A stretch of 64,000 nt of DNA from an uncultured Candidatus Saccharibacteria bacterium. Lineage in GTDB: Bacteria; Patescibacteriota; Minisyncoccia; 2-02-FULL-40-12; GWA2-44-9. The stretch covers positions 19,004 to 83,003 of the forward strand of contig CAYHIK010000003.1 in NCBI GenBank assembly GCA_964356795.1, in the 5' to 3' direction. The translations under genes and the position numbers were made by a program. Below, piece by piece: positions 1 through 8,637 of the stretch (its first letter is position 1; each line of letters begins with the position of its first letter). The notes below the pieces were generated by a model. It was not told the origin of the DNA. It saw only the letters and a program-made list of their open reading frames with translations, and did not search any database.

Positions 1-1
1 T

Positions 2-643
2 CAATCCATTTGCGCAGAACACGGCGTCATTCCACAGGGCATTCTCTTCGATTTGGGTCTTTCATCAGCTCACTATGAAATGAGTGGACGGGGATTCTCG
101 TTTATGAGGAATGAGCCGCTTGATATGCGATTCAATCCAGAGACGAACCCGTTGACCGCGGGACGTATCCTCAATGAATGGCCAGTTGAAGATTTGGAGC
201 GAATATTAACCGAGTACGGCGAGGAGCAGTTCGCCGGACAGATCGCCGCGGCGGTCGTTCTGATCCGACGAGCTGCCCCCCTCCGTACTACCGAAGACCT
301 TGTTTCACTGATTGCCGATGCGGTGCCTGCCTGGTACCGCCACCGCAAAATTCACCACGCAACGAAGACATTCCAAGCGTTGCGGGTCACAGTGAATGAT
401 GAGCTGAATAATGTGACCACGGGGGTTGGTGCAGCAATCGATGTATTGCCACCAGGAGGGCGATTGCTCGTCATCTCGTTTCAGGGAATGGAAGATAAGA
501 TTGTGCGTGAATTATTTAAATCAAAAGTGAAAGAGGGAGTTCTCAAGTGGGTCACTCGAACAACGATTCGACCAGCATGGGAGGAAATGAAGAAAAACCC
601 GCGATCACGAAGTGCAAAACTAAAAATTGTTGAACATTTATGA
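2..643 (+). CDS. rsmH: 16S rRNA (cytosine1402-N4)-methyltransferase RsmH/MraW, C-terminal part; the 5' end lies outside the window
   Basis: Motifs GFSF...EPLDMRF, TFQALRVTVNDEL and GGRLLVISFQGMEDKIV match RsmH. The reading frame is open from the window edge. The gene sits in the dcw-cluster position. Confidence 0.85.
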   Translation, partial: QSICAEHGVIPQGILFDLGLSSAHYEMSGRGFSFMRNEPLDMRFNPETNPLTAGRILNEWPVEDLERILTEYGEEQFAGQIAAAVVLIRRAAPLRTTEDLVSLIADAVPAWYRHRKIHHATKTFQALRVTVNDELNNVTTGVGAAIDVLPPGGRLLVISFQGMEDKIVRELFKSKVKEGVLKWVTRTTIRPAWEEMKKNPRSRSAKLKIVEHL

Positions 644-981
644 GTCACACCACACAGACAACCTTGGGAGCAATCCACGCCATGCACCATGGTGTGCGCA
701 GTAATGTGCTTGGCCTGGTGAACGCCACGCTTATGATTGGCACGCTTATACTGGTGGGCGCGTATGTGGTCTTAGCAAACTCGGCATCAGTGAATACATG
801 GAAGGTCGCCGATGCGAATACGCGTATTAGCCAACTCTCCGACGAGCGAAATACCATCATTGCCCAACAAGCGAGCATCGAGGATCGCGCGCAACTGTTA
901 GTGCTCGCAGAGCGTGAAGGTATGGTGCCAGCGAACTCACTTGTCTACATACTCGAAGAGCGTTCCGTTGCTGCTCGATAG
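640..981 (+). CDS. FtsL-like cell-division protein (single TM plus coiled coil)
   Basis: 113 aa with one hydrophobic helix followed by a Q/E-rich coiled coil. It lies between rsmH and ftsI and overlaps the rsmH stop as ATGA. Confidence 0.6.
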   Translation: MSHTTQTTLGAIHAMHHGVRSNVLGLVNATLMIGTLILVGAYVVLANSASVNTWKVADANTRISQLSDERNTIIAQQASIEDRAQLLVLAEREGMVPANSLVYILEERSVAAR

Positions 982-1022
982 CGCAATTCGCGTACGAGGC
1001 GAGCATTTGATATTGTGAAGAT

Positions 1023-2744
1023 GTGAAACATCGTATTGGAGCTCCACGAATCTACGTTGCGCTGTGTGTGATCTATGGAATCTTCGTCATCATTGGGTGG
1101 CGAATTTATGATATTAGCTGGCGCAGGCACTCGCTTTACTCACAAACTGCCCTCGCACAGGCCGAGGGTGTACGCAACGTGTTCATGCGTGGCAGTATTT
1201 ATATTACCGACCAAGAGCGCGCGCAGCATCTCGTCGCTACCAATCGAAAATTTTCCATCGTCACGGTGTTTCCATCAAAGGTTGATCGCGCAGCGGCAAG
1301 TCAAACAGCGGATACACTCCAGCGTATAGCCGGTATTGATCGCGAGGTCTCGCTCAAGGCTTTGAATTCTGATCGCTCCGCGGTTCGCGTGATACTACGA
1401 CGTCCGACTGATGAGCAGGTGCGTGCTGTTCAGGAATTGAATATTCCCGGCGTGTCTATAGGGTATGAAACTGACAGAGCGTATCCCGCGGGCATACTCG
1501 CGGCCGATGTGGTCGGTTTTCTAGGGTACGGAGCCAATGGTCGGCAGGGTCAATATGGCATCGAGTCGATGTATGAATCGGAGCTCACAGGAACGCGTGA
1601 TACGCCCGAGATGGTGCGATGGGATATCAAGGGGCAGCTCAAGAAATTATTTAGAATATCTCCGTCAACTCCGGAGTATGACGCTACCACTGCGCCTCAA
1701 GATATCGAGCTGACGATTGATAAAAATATTCAAGCGTATGGAGAAGAGGTGCTCACGTCGGTTGTTGAGCGATACAAGGCCGCATCGGGCGTGTTGATTG
1801 TGCAGGATCCTACGACAGGGCGCATTCTTGCGATGGCTGACACCCCGACGTTTAATCCGGGAATGTACAGCGAAGCTTCACAGGCATCATTCTTGAATGG
1901 AGGAATCTTACCGTTTGAGCCCGGTTCTTCGTTTAAACCATTCACGATGGCGATGGGATTGGATTTGCGCTTAATATCGCCTGATACGATGTTCAATGAC
2001 ATTGGTGATGTTGTCATTGATGGCTATACCATCAAGAATTACAATGAGGGTCATTTTGGGCGAGTCTCCATGACGCGCGTGCTCGAAAAAAGTATCAACA
2101 CAGGCGTTATGTACGTGCAAAATCTCGTGGGTAATCAATTATTCCTTGACTACACGGTAAACCTAGGATTCGGTCAGCGTTCGGGCGTGGAGCTTCCGGG
2201 CGAGTCGAGCGGTGATATCAGTAATCTCTATAGTGGGCGAAGGATAAACTTTCAAACTGCATCATTCGGGCAGGCGATTACCGTCACACCACTTCAGCTT
2301 ATTACCGCGTACTCCGCTATTGCGAATGGTGGAAAGCTCATGAAGCCCTCGATCGTTGCCGCGACCATTGACTCGCATGGTGCTCGAACGGAGACAGTAT
2401 CCGAGATGATCGGCACTCCCTTTTCTGCGAAGACCGCGCAGATGCTCCGAGGGATGCTCACATCAGTGGTCGATAATGGCTTCGACAAAGCACGTATACC
2501 GCGGTACGATGTTGCTGGAAAGACAGGCACCGCACAAATAGCTAGTCCTGAGGGCGGATACCTGGAGGGGCAGTACAATCATAGTTTTGTGGGATTCGCT
2601 CCGGCAAGCAATCCAAAGTTTGTTATTTTGATTAAAATGGAAAAACCGCAAGGCATTACGTTCGCAGCGGATAGCTTGAGCCCTGCGTTCAAAGATATGG
2701 CAACGTTTCTTTTGCATTATTTTAACGTACCCCCCACCCGATGA
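1023..2744 (+). CDS. ftsI: Penicillin-binding protein 2 / FtsI-type transpeptidase
   Basis: N-terminal TM helix. The transpeptidase motifs SSFKP (SxxK), SIN (SxN) and AGKTGTAQ (KTG) are present. The gene is in the dcw position. Confidence 0.85.
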   Translation: MKHRIGAPRIYVALCVIYGIFVIIGWRIYDISWRRHSLYSQTALAQAEGVRNVFMRGSIYITDQERAQHLVATNRKFSIVTVFPSKVDRAAASQTADTLQRIAGIDREVSLKALNSDRSAVRVILRRPTDEQVRAVQELNIPGVSIGYETDRAYPAGILAADVVGFLGYGANGRQGQYGIESMYESELTGTRDTPEMVRWDIKGQLKKLFRISPSTPEYDATTAPQDIELTIDKNIQAYGEEVLTSVVERYKAASGVLIVQDPTTGRILAMADTPTFNPGMYSEASQASFLNGGILPFEPGSSFKPFTMAMGLDLRLISPDTMFNDIGDVVIDGYTIKNYNEGHFGRVSMTRVLEKSINTGVMYVQNLVGNQLFLDYTVNLGFGQRSGVELPGESSGDISNLYSGRRINFQTASFGQAITVTPLQLITAYSAIANGGKLMKPSIVAATIDSHGARTETVSEMIGTPFSAKTAQMLRGMLTSVVDNGFDKARIPRYDVAGKTGTAQIASPEGGYLEGQYNHSFVGFAPASNPKFVILIKMEKPQGITFAADSLSPAFKDMATFLLHYFNVPPTR

Positions 2745-4030
2745 TGCTCCGAATCCTGACAGGGATACTTGATGGTCTGGCGCGTCTTTTAATTCGTCGA
2801 TACGCCCCCATTATTGTTGCGGTGACGGGTAACGCCGGAAAGACAACCACAAAGGAAGCGATTGCGCGTGTGCTCGCAACGCGCTATACGATTCGGGCGA
2901 GTGCTGGAAATTTAAATAATGAGCTCGGTATTCCGACAACGATTATCGGAGATGTCGGCGATGAATACTACCGCACGGGCGGGTCTGTTCGTTTTTGGCT
3001 TGGCGTCATATTGATGGGAGTTCGCGCCCTTGTTGTCCGCGCAGCGTATCCCGAGGTGCTTGTTCTTGAGTTTGGGGCAGACCACCCCGGAGATATTGGA
3101 CGACTTGCATCCCGATATCGCCCGCGCGTTGGAGTTATCACGCAAGTTGGAGATATTCCCGTTCATGTGGAGTTTTTTGCATCTCCGCGAGAGCTTGCGG
3201 CAGAAAAAGCAAAACTCATATCTGTATTAGGAGCCGATGACACTGCTATTCTTGGGTATGACGACGAAGCGGTTCGGGACATGCGGACAACGACGCGAGC
3301 GCATGTGCGCACCTACGGAATGGGGGAGGGTGCTGATGTGCGCGTTTCTGATGTCGAGCTACGAATACACGGAGATGCGCCAACCGGAATATCGTGCAAC
3401 ATTCAACTCGGATCAAATCAGATGCCCGTTGTTATACGTCACACCATTGGGGTTGGTATTGCTCGAGCTGCTGCGGCCGCGATAGCAGTGGGGGATGCAC
3501 TCGGTATTTCTCTGAGCGATGCAGTTATTGCGCTTTCAGATATGAAGCCACCCGCAGGCCGTATGCGCATCATAGAGGGTATTCGCGGTACAACTATTAT
3601 TGATGATACCTACAATGCATCACCCGCAGCCATGCATATTGCACTCGACGCGGTGCGCCAGATACACGCAAAGCGTCGCGTACTCGTGCTCGGCGATATG
3701 CTGGAATTGGGCACATTCAGCAGTACTGCGCATCGAACTCTAGGTACGATGGCCGGGGCAATCGCTACCGTTCTTATCTGTGTAGGGGATCGTGCGAAAT
3801 TCATAGCAGAGGCCGCCACCCCCCTCATGTCAGCAGATTATGTCCACACATGTGCCAACTCACGAGAAGCCGCCGACATTGTACAGCAGCTTCTCCAATC
3901 AGGTGACCTCGTGCTGGTGAAGGGTTCACAGGGGATGCGCATGGAGCGCGTGGTGCTCGAGATTATGGCGCGACCCGAGCTTGCATCAGAATTACTCGTC
4001 CGCCAGAGTGAGCGATGGCTTGCGAAGTAG
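2741..4030 (+). CDS. murF: UDP-N-acetylmuramoyl-tripeptide--D-alanyl-D-alanine ligase (MurF-type Mur ligase)
   Basis: P-loop VTGNAGKTTTKE. The C-terminal IIDDTYNASP is MurF-like (DDSYNANP), not the MurE type. No murE lies between ftsI and this gene. Confidence 0.75.
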   Translation: MMLRILTGILDGLARLLIRRYAPIIVAVTGNAGKTTTKEAIARVLATRYTIRASAGNLNNELGIPTTIIGDVGDEYYRTGGSVRFWLGVILMGVRALVVRAAYPEVLVLEFGADHPGDIGRLASRYRPRVGVITQVGDIPVHVEFFASPRELAAEKAKLISVLGADDTAILGYDDEAVRDMRTTTRAHVRTYGMGEGADVRVSDVELRIHGDAPTGISCNIQLGSNQMPVVIRHTIGVGIARAAAAAIAVGDALGISLSDAVIALSDMKPPAGRMRIIEGIRGTTIIDDTYNASPAAMHIALDAVRQIHAKRRVLVLGDMLELGTFSSTAHRTLGTMAGAIATVLICVGDRAKFIAEAATPLMSADYVHTCANSREAADIVQQLLQSGDLVLVKGSQGMRMERVVLEIMARPELASELLVRQSERWLAK

Positions 4031-4048
4031 CTTTGTTTGGGTTATAAT
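4020..4048 (+). promoter_or_regulatory. sigma70-like promoter for tRNA-Glu (TTGCGA-17-TATAAT)
   Basis: -35 TTGCGA at 4020-4025, a 17-nt spacer, -10 TATAAT at 4043-4048. The tRNA 5' end follows about 15 nt downstream. Confidence 0.5.
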
Positions 4049-4062
4049 ACGCTGTCCACGAT

Positions 4063-4137
4063 GGCCTCGTCGTCTAGCCCGGTCTAGGACACTAGATTCT
4101 CATTCTAGTAACACGGGTTCAAATCCCGTCGAGGCTA
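4063..4137 (+). tRNA. tRNA-Glu (anticodon CUC)
   Basis: Cloverleaf: acceptor GGCCTCG/CGAGGCT, D-arm GTCT...GGAC, anticodon stem CTAGA/TCTAG with loop TTCTCAT, T-arm ACGGG-TTCAAAT-CCCGT. Overall very similar to canonical bacterial tRNA-Glu. CCA is not encoded. Confidence 0.85.
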
Positions 4138-4150
4138 CACTAAAAACAGG

Positions 4151-4176
4151 CACCCATTAGGGTGTTTTGTTTTTAG
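4151..4176 (+). terminator. Rho-independent terminator after tRNA-Glu
   Basis: Hairpin CACCC-ATTA-GGGTG followed by TTTTGTTTTT. Confidence 0.45.
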
Positions 4177-4202
4177 TGTACCTCCGTTGGATTTGAAGGG
4201 TA

Positions 4203-4229
4203 ATAAAAAACCCGCATAACAATGCGGGT
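4203..4229 (-). terminator. Rho-independent terminator of the minus-strand pilT operon
   Basis: Hairpin ACCCGCAT-AACA-ATGCGGGT. On the minus strand it is followed by TTTTTTATT. Confidence 0.7.
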
Positions 4230-4246
4230 ACGAACCATGAGACGCG

Positions 4247-4660
4247 CTACGGTTCGATTTCTTCTGTCTCCGGCTCTCGCTTTGCGACGATGGCGCGGGC
4301 GAGTTCGGGCAGGTGGGGGGTCGCATTCCGGAGGGCATGAGCGATTTCATCCTCGATGAATTCTCGATCCGGAGAGGTGACTCGCTGGAGTATCTCTGCA
4401 TCTCGGATGAATTCCCAGAACTGAATAGGCGTGCGCTCGAGTGCGATGGGAGCCATTAGAAACTCAAGCGTGATACGGAGTCGCGTGACGTCTCGAGCCT
4501 GACGCTCTCTTGAGTTCTGTGCGATTTCGAGGTCCCGAGCTTGCTGCTGAAGCTTGTTGCGCAACTCTTCGGTCGTATTTCGAAAGAACTCAACGCTCCT
4601 TTTCGCATCCTCAAGCTGAGCTCTCAAGGGTGCTGCAGGAGTCTTTCCGCGTTTTGACAT
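4247..4660 (-). CDS. Hypothetical protein (about 137 aa, charged, predicted coiled coil)
   Basis: The ORF start was moved to the ATG at 4660, which is preceded by GGAGGCG (SD). No recognisable domain. Last gene of the pilT operon. Confidence 0.5.
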   Translation of the reverse strand: MSKRGKTPAAPLRAQLEDAKRSVEFFRNTTEELRNKLQQQARDLEIAQNSRERQARDVTRLRITLEFLMAPIALERTPIQFWEFIRDAEILQRVTSPDREFIEDEIAHALRNATPHLPELARAIVAKREPETEEIEP

Positions 4661-4724
4661 ATCGCCTCCGCTCAATAGCGTATGAAATATATCACATAAA
4701 TTAAATTTGTAAAGAAAGCCCCCG

Positions 4725-5354
4725 TCATGACGGGGGCTCATTCGTGGATTCGATCACTGGCACATCGAAGAACGGACGTGAATCTCGAAGTGTCGCGATG
4801 CCTCGGTTATAGAGTTCAATGAACTCCTGCGACTGCTCGAGTGTAAGCAGAAGGCGTCTGCAAAAGTCGAGGAGATCGTTCATTTCGACAAATCGCGCAG
4901 GAGAGACGCGAGCCTCCGTATTCGCGCCGCGAGAGGCAAACCCGTTGGCCTCTTCGGTCATACGCTCTTCTTCGAGTGTGAGCACGAGCTCCCCCAGGTC
5001 ATAGGGAATTTCTGCATCTTGAGCCCACCAGAGCCACCGCGCTTCGAGGGTGTTTTTGATGATAGTAAGCACCTCTGCATGAACAGTGATGAGATAGTCC
5101 ATGCCTGCGTCTCGGAAGACGAACGTCATCTCCTTGGTCGTACAGAAGCGCGACAAGGTAAGATGTGCATCGAAGATGTGGTACAAAAGATCGATGGGCG
5201 TATTCGGGTTTTCCTGCGGCCGCAGGACTAGGTCGATGAGGAGCTTGCTTATGCGCAGTCGCGCGTAAGGTGTTCTCCAGAGATTCGTCTCTCGAGACTG
5301 CTTCGCTTCTTCATTGATAATCGCCATGACCTCAGCTTCGGGGAAGTCAACCAT
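4725..5354 (-). CDS. Hypothetical protein (209 aa)
   Basis: Long ORF co-directional with pilT. No recognisable motif. Confidence 0.5.
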   Translation of the reverse strand: MVDFPEAEVMAIINEEAKQSRETNLWRTPYARLRISKLLIDLVLRPQENPNTPIDLLYHIFDAHLTLSRFCTTKEMTFVFRDAGMDYLITVHAEVLTIIKNTLEARWLWWAQDAEIPYDLGELVLTLEEERMTEEANGFASRGANTEARVSPARFVEMNDLLDFCRRLLLTLEQSQEFIELYNRGIATLRDSRPFFDVPVIESTNEPPS

Positions 5355-5407
5355 AGTACCTCCAAAGAACGTGCGGAAATCATACCGCTCGTCAACGGAG
5401 GATGCAA

Positions 5408-6469
5408 CTACAGCATCTTCTTGAGTTCGGATGGGTTGTTGGAGAACAGCTCTCCGTTCTCGGGGGTAATCTGACCACTTTTTACGAGTTGTGCGAGTGA
5501 ATAGTTGAGCGACATCATTCCCTCATTGAGTCCTGTTTGAATGACCGAGTCGATTGAGTATACCTTTTTTTCGCGAATGAGATTGCGAATCGCAGCATTG
5601 GTAATCATAATCTCGAGCGCGGGGACTCGACCGCCCCCAATTTTGGGAACAAGGCGTTCCGAGACGACCGCAACGACCGTTGTGGCGGTTTGGGCAATGA
5701 TTTGATCTTGTTGAGATGGCGGAAATGAGTCAATGATGCGATCGATTGTTTGAGCGGCTGAGTTTGTGTGAAGCGTTGAGAAGACGAGGTGTCCCGTTTC
5801 AGCCGCGGTCATAGCTGCGGCGATAGAATCGGCGTCGCGCATCTCTCCAACCATGATGACGTCGGGATCTTGTCGTAATACGGTTTTGAGGCCATCGGCA
5901 AATGAAAGCACGTCGGTGCCGACCTCTCGCTGGGATACGATGCCATTCGCTTGCTCGTAGAGGTACTCTATCGGATCCTCAATTGTAACGATGTGCGCTG
6001 TGCGGGTTCGATTCACCTCATCAAGAATTGCGGCTGTGGTTGTGGACTTTCCGTGACCAGCGGGCCCCACCATAAGAATGAATCCCTGCGTGAGCTTTGC
6101 GAATGTATGAAGAATTGGGGGAAGGTTGAGCTCCTCGATAGTTTGTATTTTTGCGGGGACAAGTCGGAGTGAGGCGGACCACGTGTTCTCTTCGAAGTAG
6201 GCATTTACGCGAAAGCGAACGCCCCCCGATCCTTCATATGCGAAATCAATTTGACGCTCTTTCAAGAAGCGTTCTCGTTGCTGAGGCGTCATAAGCTCTG
6301 AGATGATGCCCTCAGCGGATTGTGTGGTGATGACCTCCTCGGATTCAATTGGTTGCAAATCGCCATAGATACGAAGGGTGGGTCGCTTATCTACGGCAAT
6401 ATGAACATCGGATGCATTCTGGGCGATTGCGCGGTCGAGAATTGTTTTGAGAGCAGAGTCGTAGCTCAT
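5408..6469 (-). CDS. pilT: Type IV pilus retraction ATPase PilT (twitching motility protein)
   Basis: Walker A GPAGHGKSTT, the PilT/GspE family N-terminus and the AIRNLIRE motif. The start was refined to the ATG at 6469 (MSYDSALK...), giving a typical 354-aa PilT. Confidence 0.85.
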   Translation of the reverse strand: MSYDSALKTILDRAIAQNASDVHIAVDKRPTLRIYGDLQPIESEEVITTQSAEGIISELMTPQQRERFLKERQIDFAYEGSGGVRFRVNAYFEENTWSASLRLVPAKIQTIEELNLPPILHTFAKLTQGFILMVGPAGHGKSTTTAAILDEVNRTRTAHIVTIEDPIEYLYEQANGIVSQREVGTDVLSFADGLKTVLRQDPDVIMVGEMRDADSIAAAMTAAETGHLVFSTLHTNSAAQTIDRIIDSFPPSQQDQIIAQTATTVVAVVSERLVPKIGGGRVPALEIMITNAAIRNLIREKKVYSIDSVIQTGLNEGMMSLNYSLAQLVKSGQITPENGELFSNNPSELKKML

Positions 6470-6565
6470 GGATACGTATACAATACCACACGAGGAGTCG
6501 GTATGTATCCACACATCAGTGCACGCTCGCTTGTCCTCAGTGCGCACAAGGAGTATACCCTTCAC

Positions 6566-7063
6566 ATGACATTCATCGAAGCACATGAACTGACCACGCT
6601 TGGGCACCTCGTCGTCGCTACGTTGCTGGGGGCGGTTATTGGCTTTGAGCGCGAACGATCGGGTAAGATTGCTGGATTGCGAACGCATACGCTCGTTGCG
6701 CTTGGATCTTGTTTGTTTACGGTTATTTCAGTTCTTTTGTATAATCGCTTGCCGTCGATTAATGGTGTGCAGGGATACGACTATCATCTTGTTGCAAATA
6801 TCATTGTGGGTATTGGGTTCATCGGTGCGGGCGCGATTATGCGGAGGGATGACAAGGTGATCGGCACGACGACTGCAGCCTCTCTTTGGATTACTTCGGC
6901 GGTTGGAATGGCAACAGGATTTGGGTTTTATCGGGAGGCGCTCGCGAGCACGGTGTTGGTATACGGCGTGCTCACGGGCTTGTGGGAAGTTCAGAAAAGA
7001 ATGACGAAGAGTTCGAGCTTCCACAAGAATCCCCAAGACCTCAACGGGTCGTCGATGCTGTAG
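6566..7063 (+). CDS. mgtC: MgtC/SapB family membrane protein
   Basis: The GFERE...AGLRTHTLVALGS motif is typical of MgtC. The start was refined to the ATG at 6566, preceded by AAGGAG. Confidence 0.75.
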   Translation: MTFIEAHELTTLGHLVVATLLGAVIGFERERSGKIAGLRTHTLVALGSCLFTVISVLLYNRLPSINGVQGYDYHLVANIIVGIGFIGAGAIMRRDDKVIGTTTAASLWITSAVGMATGFGFYREALASTVLVYGVLTGLWEVQKRMTKSSSFHKNPQDLNGSSML

Positions 7064-7095
7064 AATGTGGTGTGGATTGGGTATATACTAGGCAT

Positions 7096-7419
7096 ATGTC
7101 GTTGGTCGAACTTCTCCGACAGTATAAGATTGGGCCATTTAGTATTTTTGACTTTGTTCTCGCGCTCGGTGGTGTGTACCTCTTGGCGCCCCTTATGATT
7201 CGGGCGTTTCGACGGGCGCGGATTAGTATTACACGTGCCGAGCTTCTGTGGCTCGTCGTTCCATTGAGTGTTGTATCCCATCTACTCGTTGGGAGTATGA
7301 CTCCACTCACGCGGATGGTGGTGAATCCTACCGGTGACGTTGTGGCGAAGATTATTCTTCTCGGGATGCTCTATATGGGGCTTCGGGGCGTCGTGTATCG
7401 CTTGCGTTTCCATAATTGA
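7096..7419 (+). CDS. Hypothetical small membrane protein (about 107 aa)
   Basis: Start refined to the ATG at 7096. Two or three hydrophobic helices. No known motif. Confidence 0.45.
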   Translation: MSLVELLRQYKIGPFSIFDFVLALGGVYLLAPLMIRAFRRARISITRAELLWLVVPLSVVSHLLVGSMTPLTRMVVNPTGDVVAKIILLGMLYMGLRGVVYRLRFHN

Positions 7420-7437
7420 TTTTGATATAATTCACAC

Positions 7438-7842
7438 ATGAACCACTACCTCAATGTACTAAAAAAATACGCGGATTTTAGCGGACGTGCCAGTCGCGCA
7501 GAGTATTGGGTGTTCCTGTTAGTAAATATAGTCGCGGTGTTCGTGTTGGGAATGATTCACTCGGTGCTCATGATGTTGTATATGTTAGCGGTTACTATCC
7601 CGATGCTCGCCGTAGCGGTGCGTCGTTTGCATGATATCGGTAAGAGCGGTTGGATGTTTTTGCTATCGTTCATCCCGTTCGTGAACTTTGTCGTAATCTT
7701 TTGGCTCTTCAGTGAGGGGCAAGCAGGAAGTAATGAATTCGGTGCAAATCCAAATGAAGCTGGTGTCATGCAGGCACAGCCCCAGGCACCCGTAGTCCCG
7801 CCAACGCCTCCTTCGATGACATCCACACCGTCCCAGATGTAA
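7438..7842 (+). CDS. DUF805 family inner-membrane protein with a Pro-rich tail
   Basis: The motif RRLHDIGKSGWMFLLSFIPFVNFVVIFWLF matches the DUF805 (YhaH-like) signature. Confidence 0.7.
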   Translation: MNHYLNVLKKYADFSGRASRAEYWVFLLVNIVAVFVLGMIHSVLMMLYMLAVTIPMLAVAVRRLHDIGKSGWMFLLSFIPFVNFVVIFWLFSEGQAGSNEFGANPNEAGVMQAQPQAPVVPPTPPSMTSTPSQM

Positions 7843-7904
7843 GCTTCTGTAGATTCTTTGTATTATATAATCAAATGGCCCCACGGGGGCCATTTGCCTG
7901 ACTG

Positions 7905-7933
7905 TTGACAGTATCTCCCCGGTTTGCTAGTAT
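7905..7933 (+). promoter_or_regulatory. sigma70 promoter for rplU (TTGACA-17-TAGTAT)
   Basis: -35 TTGACA at 7905-7910, a 17-nt spacer, -10 TAGTAT at 7928-7933. The ATG at 7952 gives a short leader. Confidence 0.6.
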
Positions 7934-7951
7934 ATATGAGCATTTTTGACT

Positions 7952-8266
7952 ATGGAATTCGCAGTTATCAAAACAGGGGGCAAGCAATATATCGTCCGAA
8001 AGGGCGACATTATGACCATCGAAAAGCTCGAGCACGATGGGAAAAAGATTGTATTTGAGCAGGTATTGCTTGTTGCTAACGAGAAAAAGGCCATTATTGG
8101 TCAGCCTTTTATTGAGAAAGCAACTGTCACCGCAGAGGTGCTTGGTGATGGTCGCGATGAAAAGAAGCTCGTATTCCGATACAAGGCAAAGACTCGTTCC
8201 AAGAAGAAAAAGGGTCACCGCCAGCCTCACACGAAGGTCAAAATCCTCTCCATCTCCGCAAAATAA
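7952..8266 (+). CDS. rplU: 50S ribosomal protein L21 (bL21)
   Basis: MEFAVIKTGGKQYIVRKGD... is the canonical L21 N-terminus. Confidence 0.9.
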   Translation: MEFAVIKTGGKQYIVRKGDIMTIEKLEHDGKKIVFEQVLLVANEKKAIIGQPFIEKATVTAEVLGDGRDEKKLVFRYKAKTRSKKKKGHRQPHTKVKILSISAK

Positions 8267-8291
8267 CCAAGAGCCCTACAGGGGGCTCTTG
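8267..8291 (+). terminator. Hairpin terminator after rplU
   Basis: Hairpin CAAGAGCCC-TACAG-GGGCTCTTG. It overlaps the -35 element of the next promoter. Confidence 0.5.
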
Positions 8292-8316
8292 ACTGTTTGG
8301 TGGACAATTGTAGTAT
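8289..8316 (+). promoter_or_regulatory. sigma70-like promoter (TTGACT-16-TAGTAT) for the 8336 ORF
   Basis: -35 TTGACT at 8289-8294, a 16-nt spacer, -10 TAGTAT at 8311-8316. It has the same architecture as the rplU promoter. Confidence 0.5.
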
Positions 8317-8335
8317 CGAGTCTCTGGAGGGGCTT

Positions 8336-8596
8336 ATGCACGACTATTTCGTGGCATACGAGCTGGTTGATGATGCGAATGTTGTTCTTTGGCGTGGCGA
8401 TGGTACGTTTCAAACCTCTGGTCCCATAACTGCGGCGGCCGGCATTCAGGAAGTTCGGCGAGCCGTCCTGATGCACGTGCAAAGTAGGGACGGCCAGGGT
8501 AGACTTCCCGGCCATCTCTTACAAGAGGAGAGCGTCTGCATCACTGCTCTGACGCTGCTGTGCTGTCCGTGCCGCGCGTCCCGTAAGTGTAAGTAG
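8336..8596 (+). CDS. Candidate small protein (86 aa) with a Cys-rich C-terminus (LLCCPCRASRKCK)
   Basis: ATG at 8336 preceded by GGAGG at 8326-8330. Own promoter upstream and own terminator at 8607-8637. No homolog recognised. An ncRNA is the alternative reading. Confidence 0.35.
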   Translation: MHDYFVAYELVDDANVVLWRGDGTFQTSGPITAAAGIQEVRRAVLMHVQSRDGQGRLPGHLLQEESVCITALTLLCCPCRASRKCK

Positions 8597-8606
8597 GCTA
8601 CTACCG

Positions 8607-8637
8607 CCCGCAGGTTTCAACATCTGCGGGTTTTTTT
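8607..8637 (+). terminator. Rho-independent terminator
   Basis: Hairpin CCCGCAG-N10-CTGCGGG followed by TTTTTTT on the plus strand only. Confidence 0.7.

Noticed and set aside
4725-4741. A 17-nt overlap between the two unknown genes downstream of pilT, as annotated in the ORF track
   Set aside because: The upstream ATG of the 164-aa ORF has no SD. The internal ATG at 4660 is preceded by GGAGG, so the overlap is probably an ORF-calling artefact.
8292-8630. Candidate RNase P RNA, tmRNA or SRP RNA in the transcription unit after rplU (about 330 nt)
   Set aside because: I looked for the RNase P P4 strands (GGAAAGUCCGGGCUCC / ACAGAACCCGGCUUA), the tmRNA 3' tRNA-like T-arm (GGUUCGAAUCC...CCA) and the SRP helix-8 GGAA motif. 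I found only weak partial resemblances. A protein-coding reading with an SD fits at least as well.
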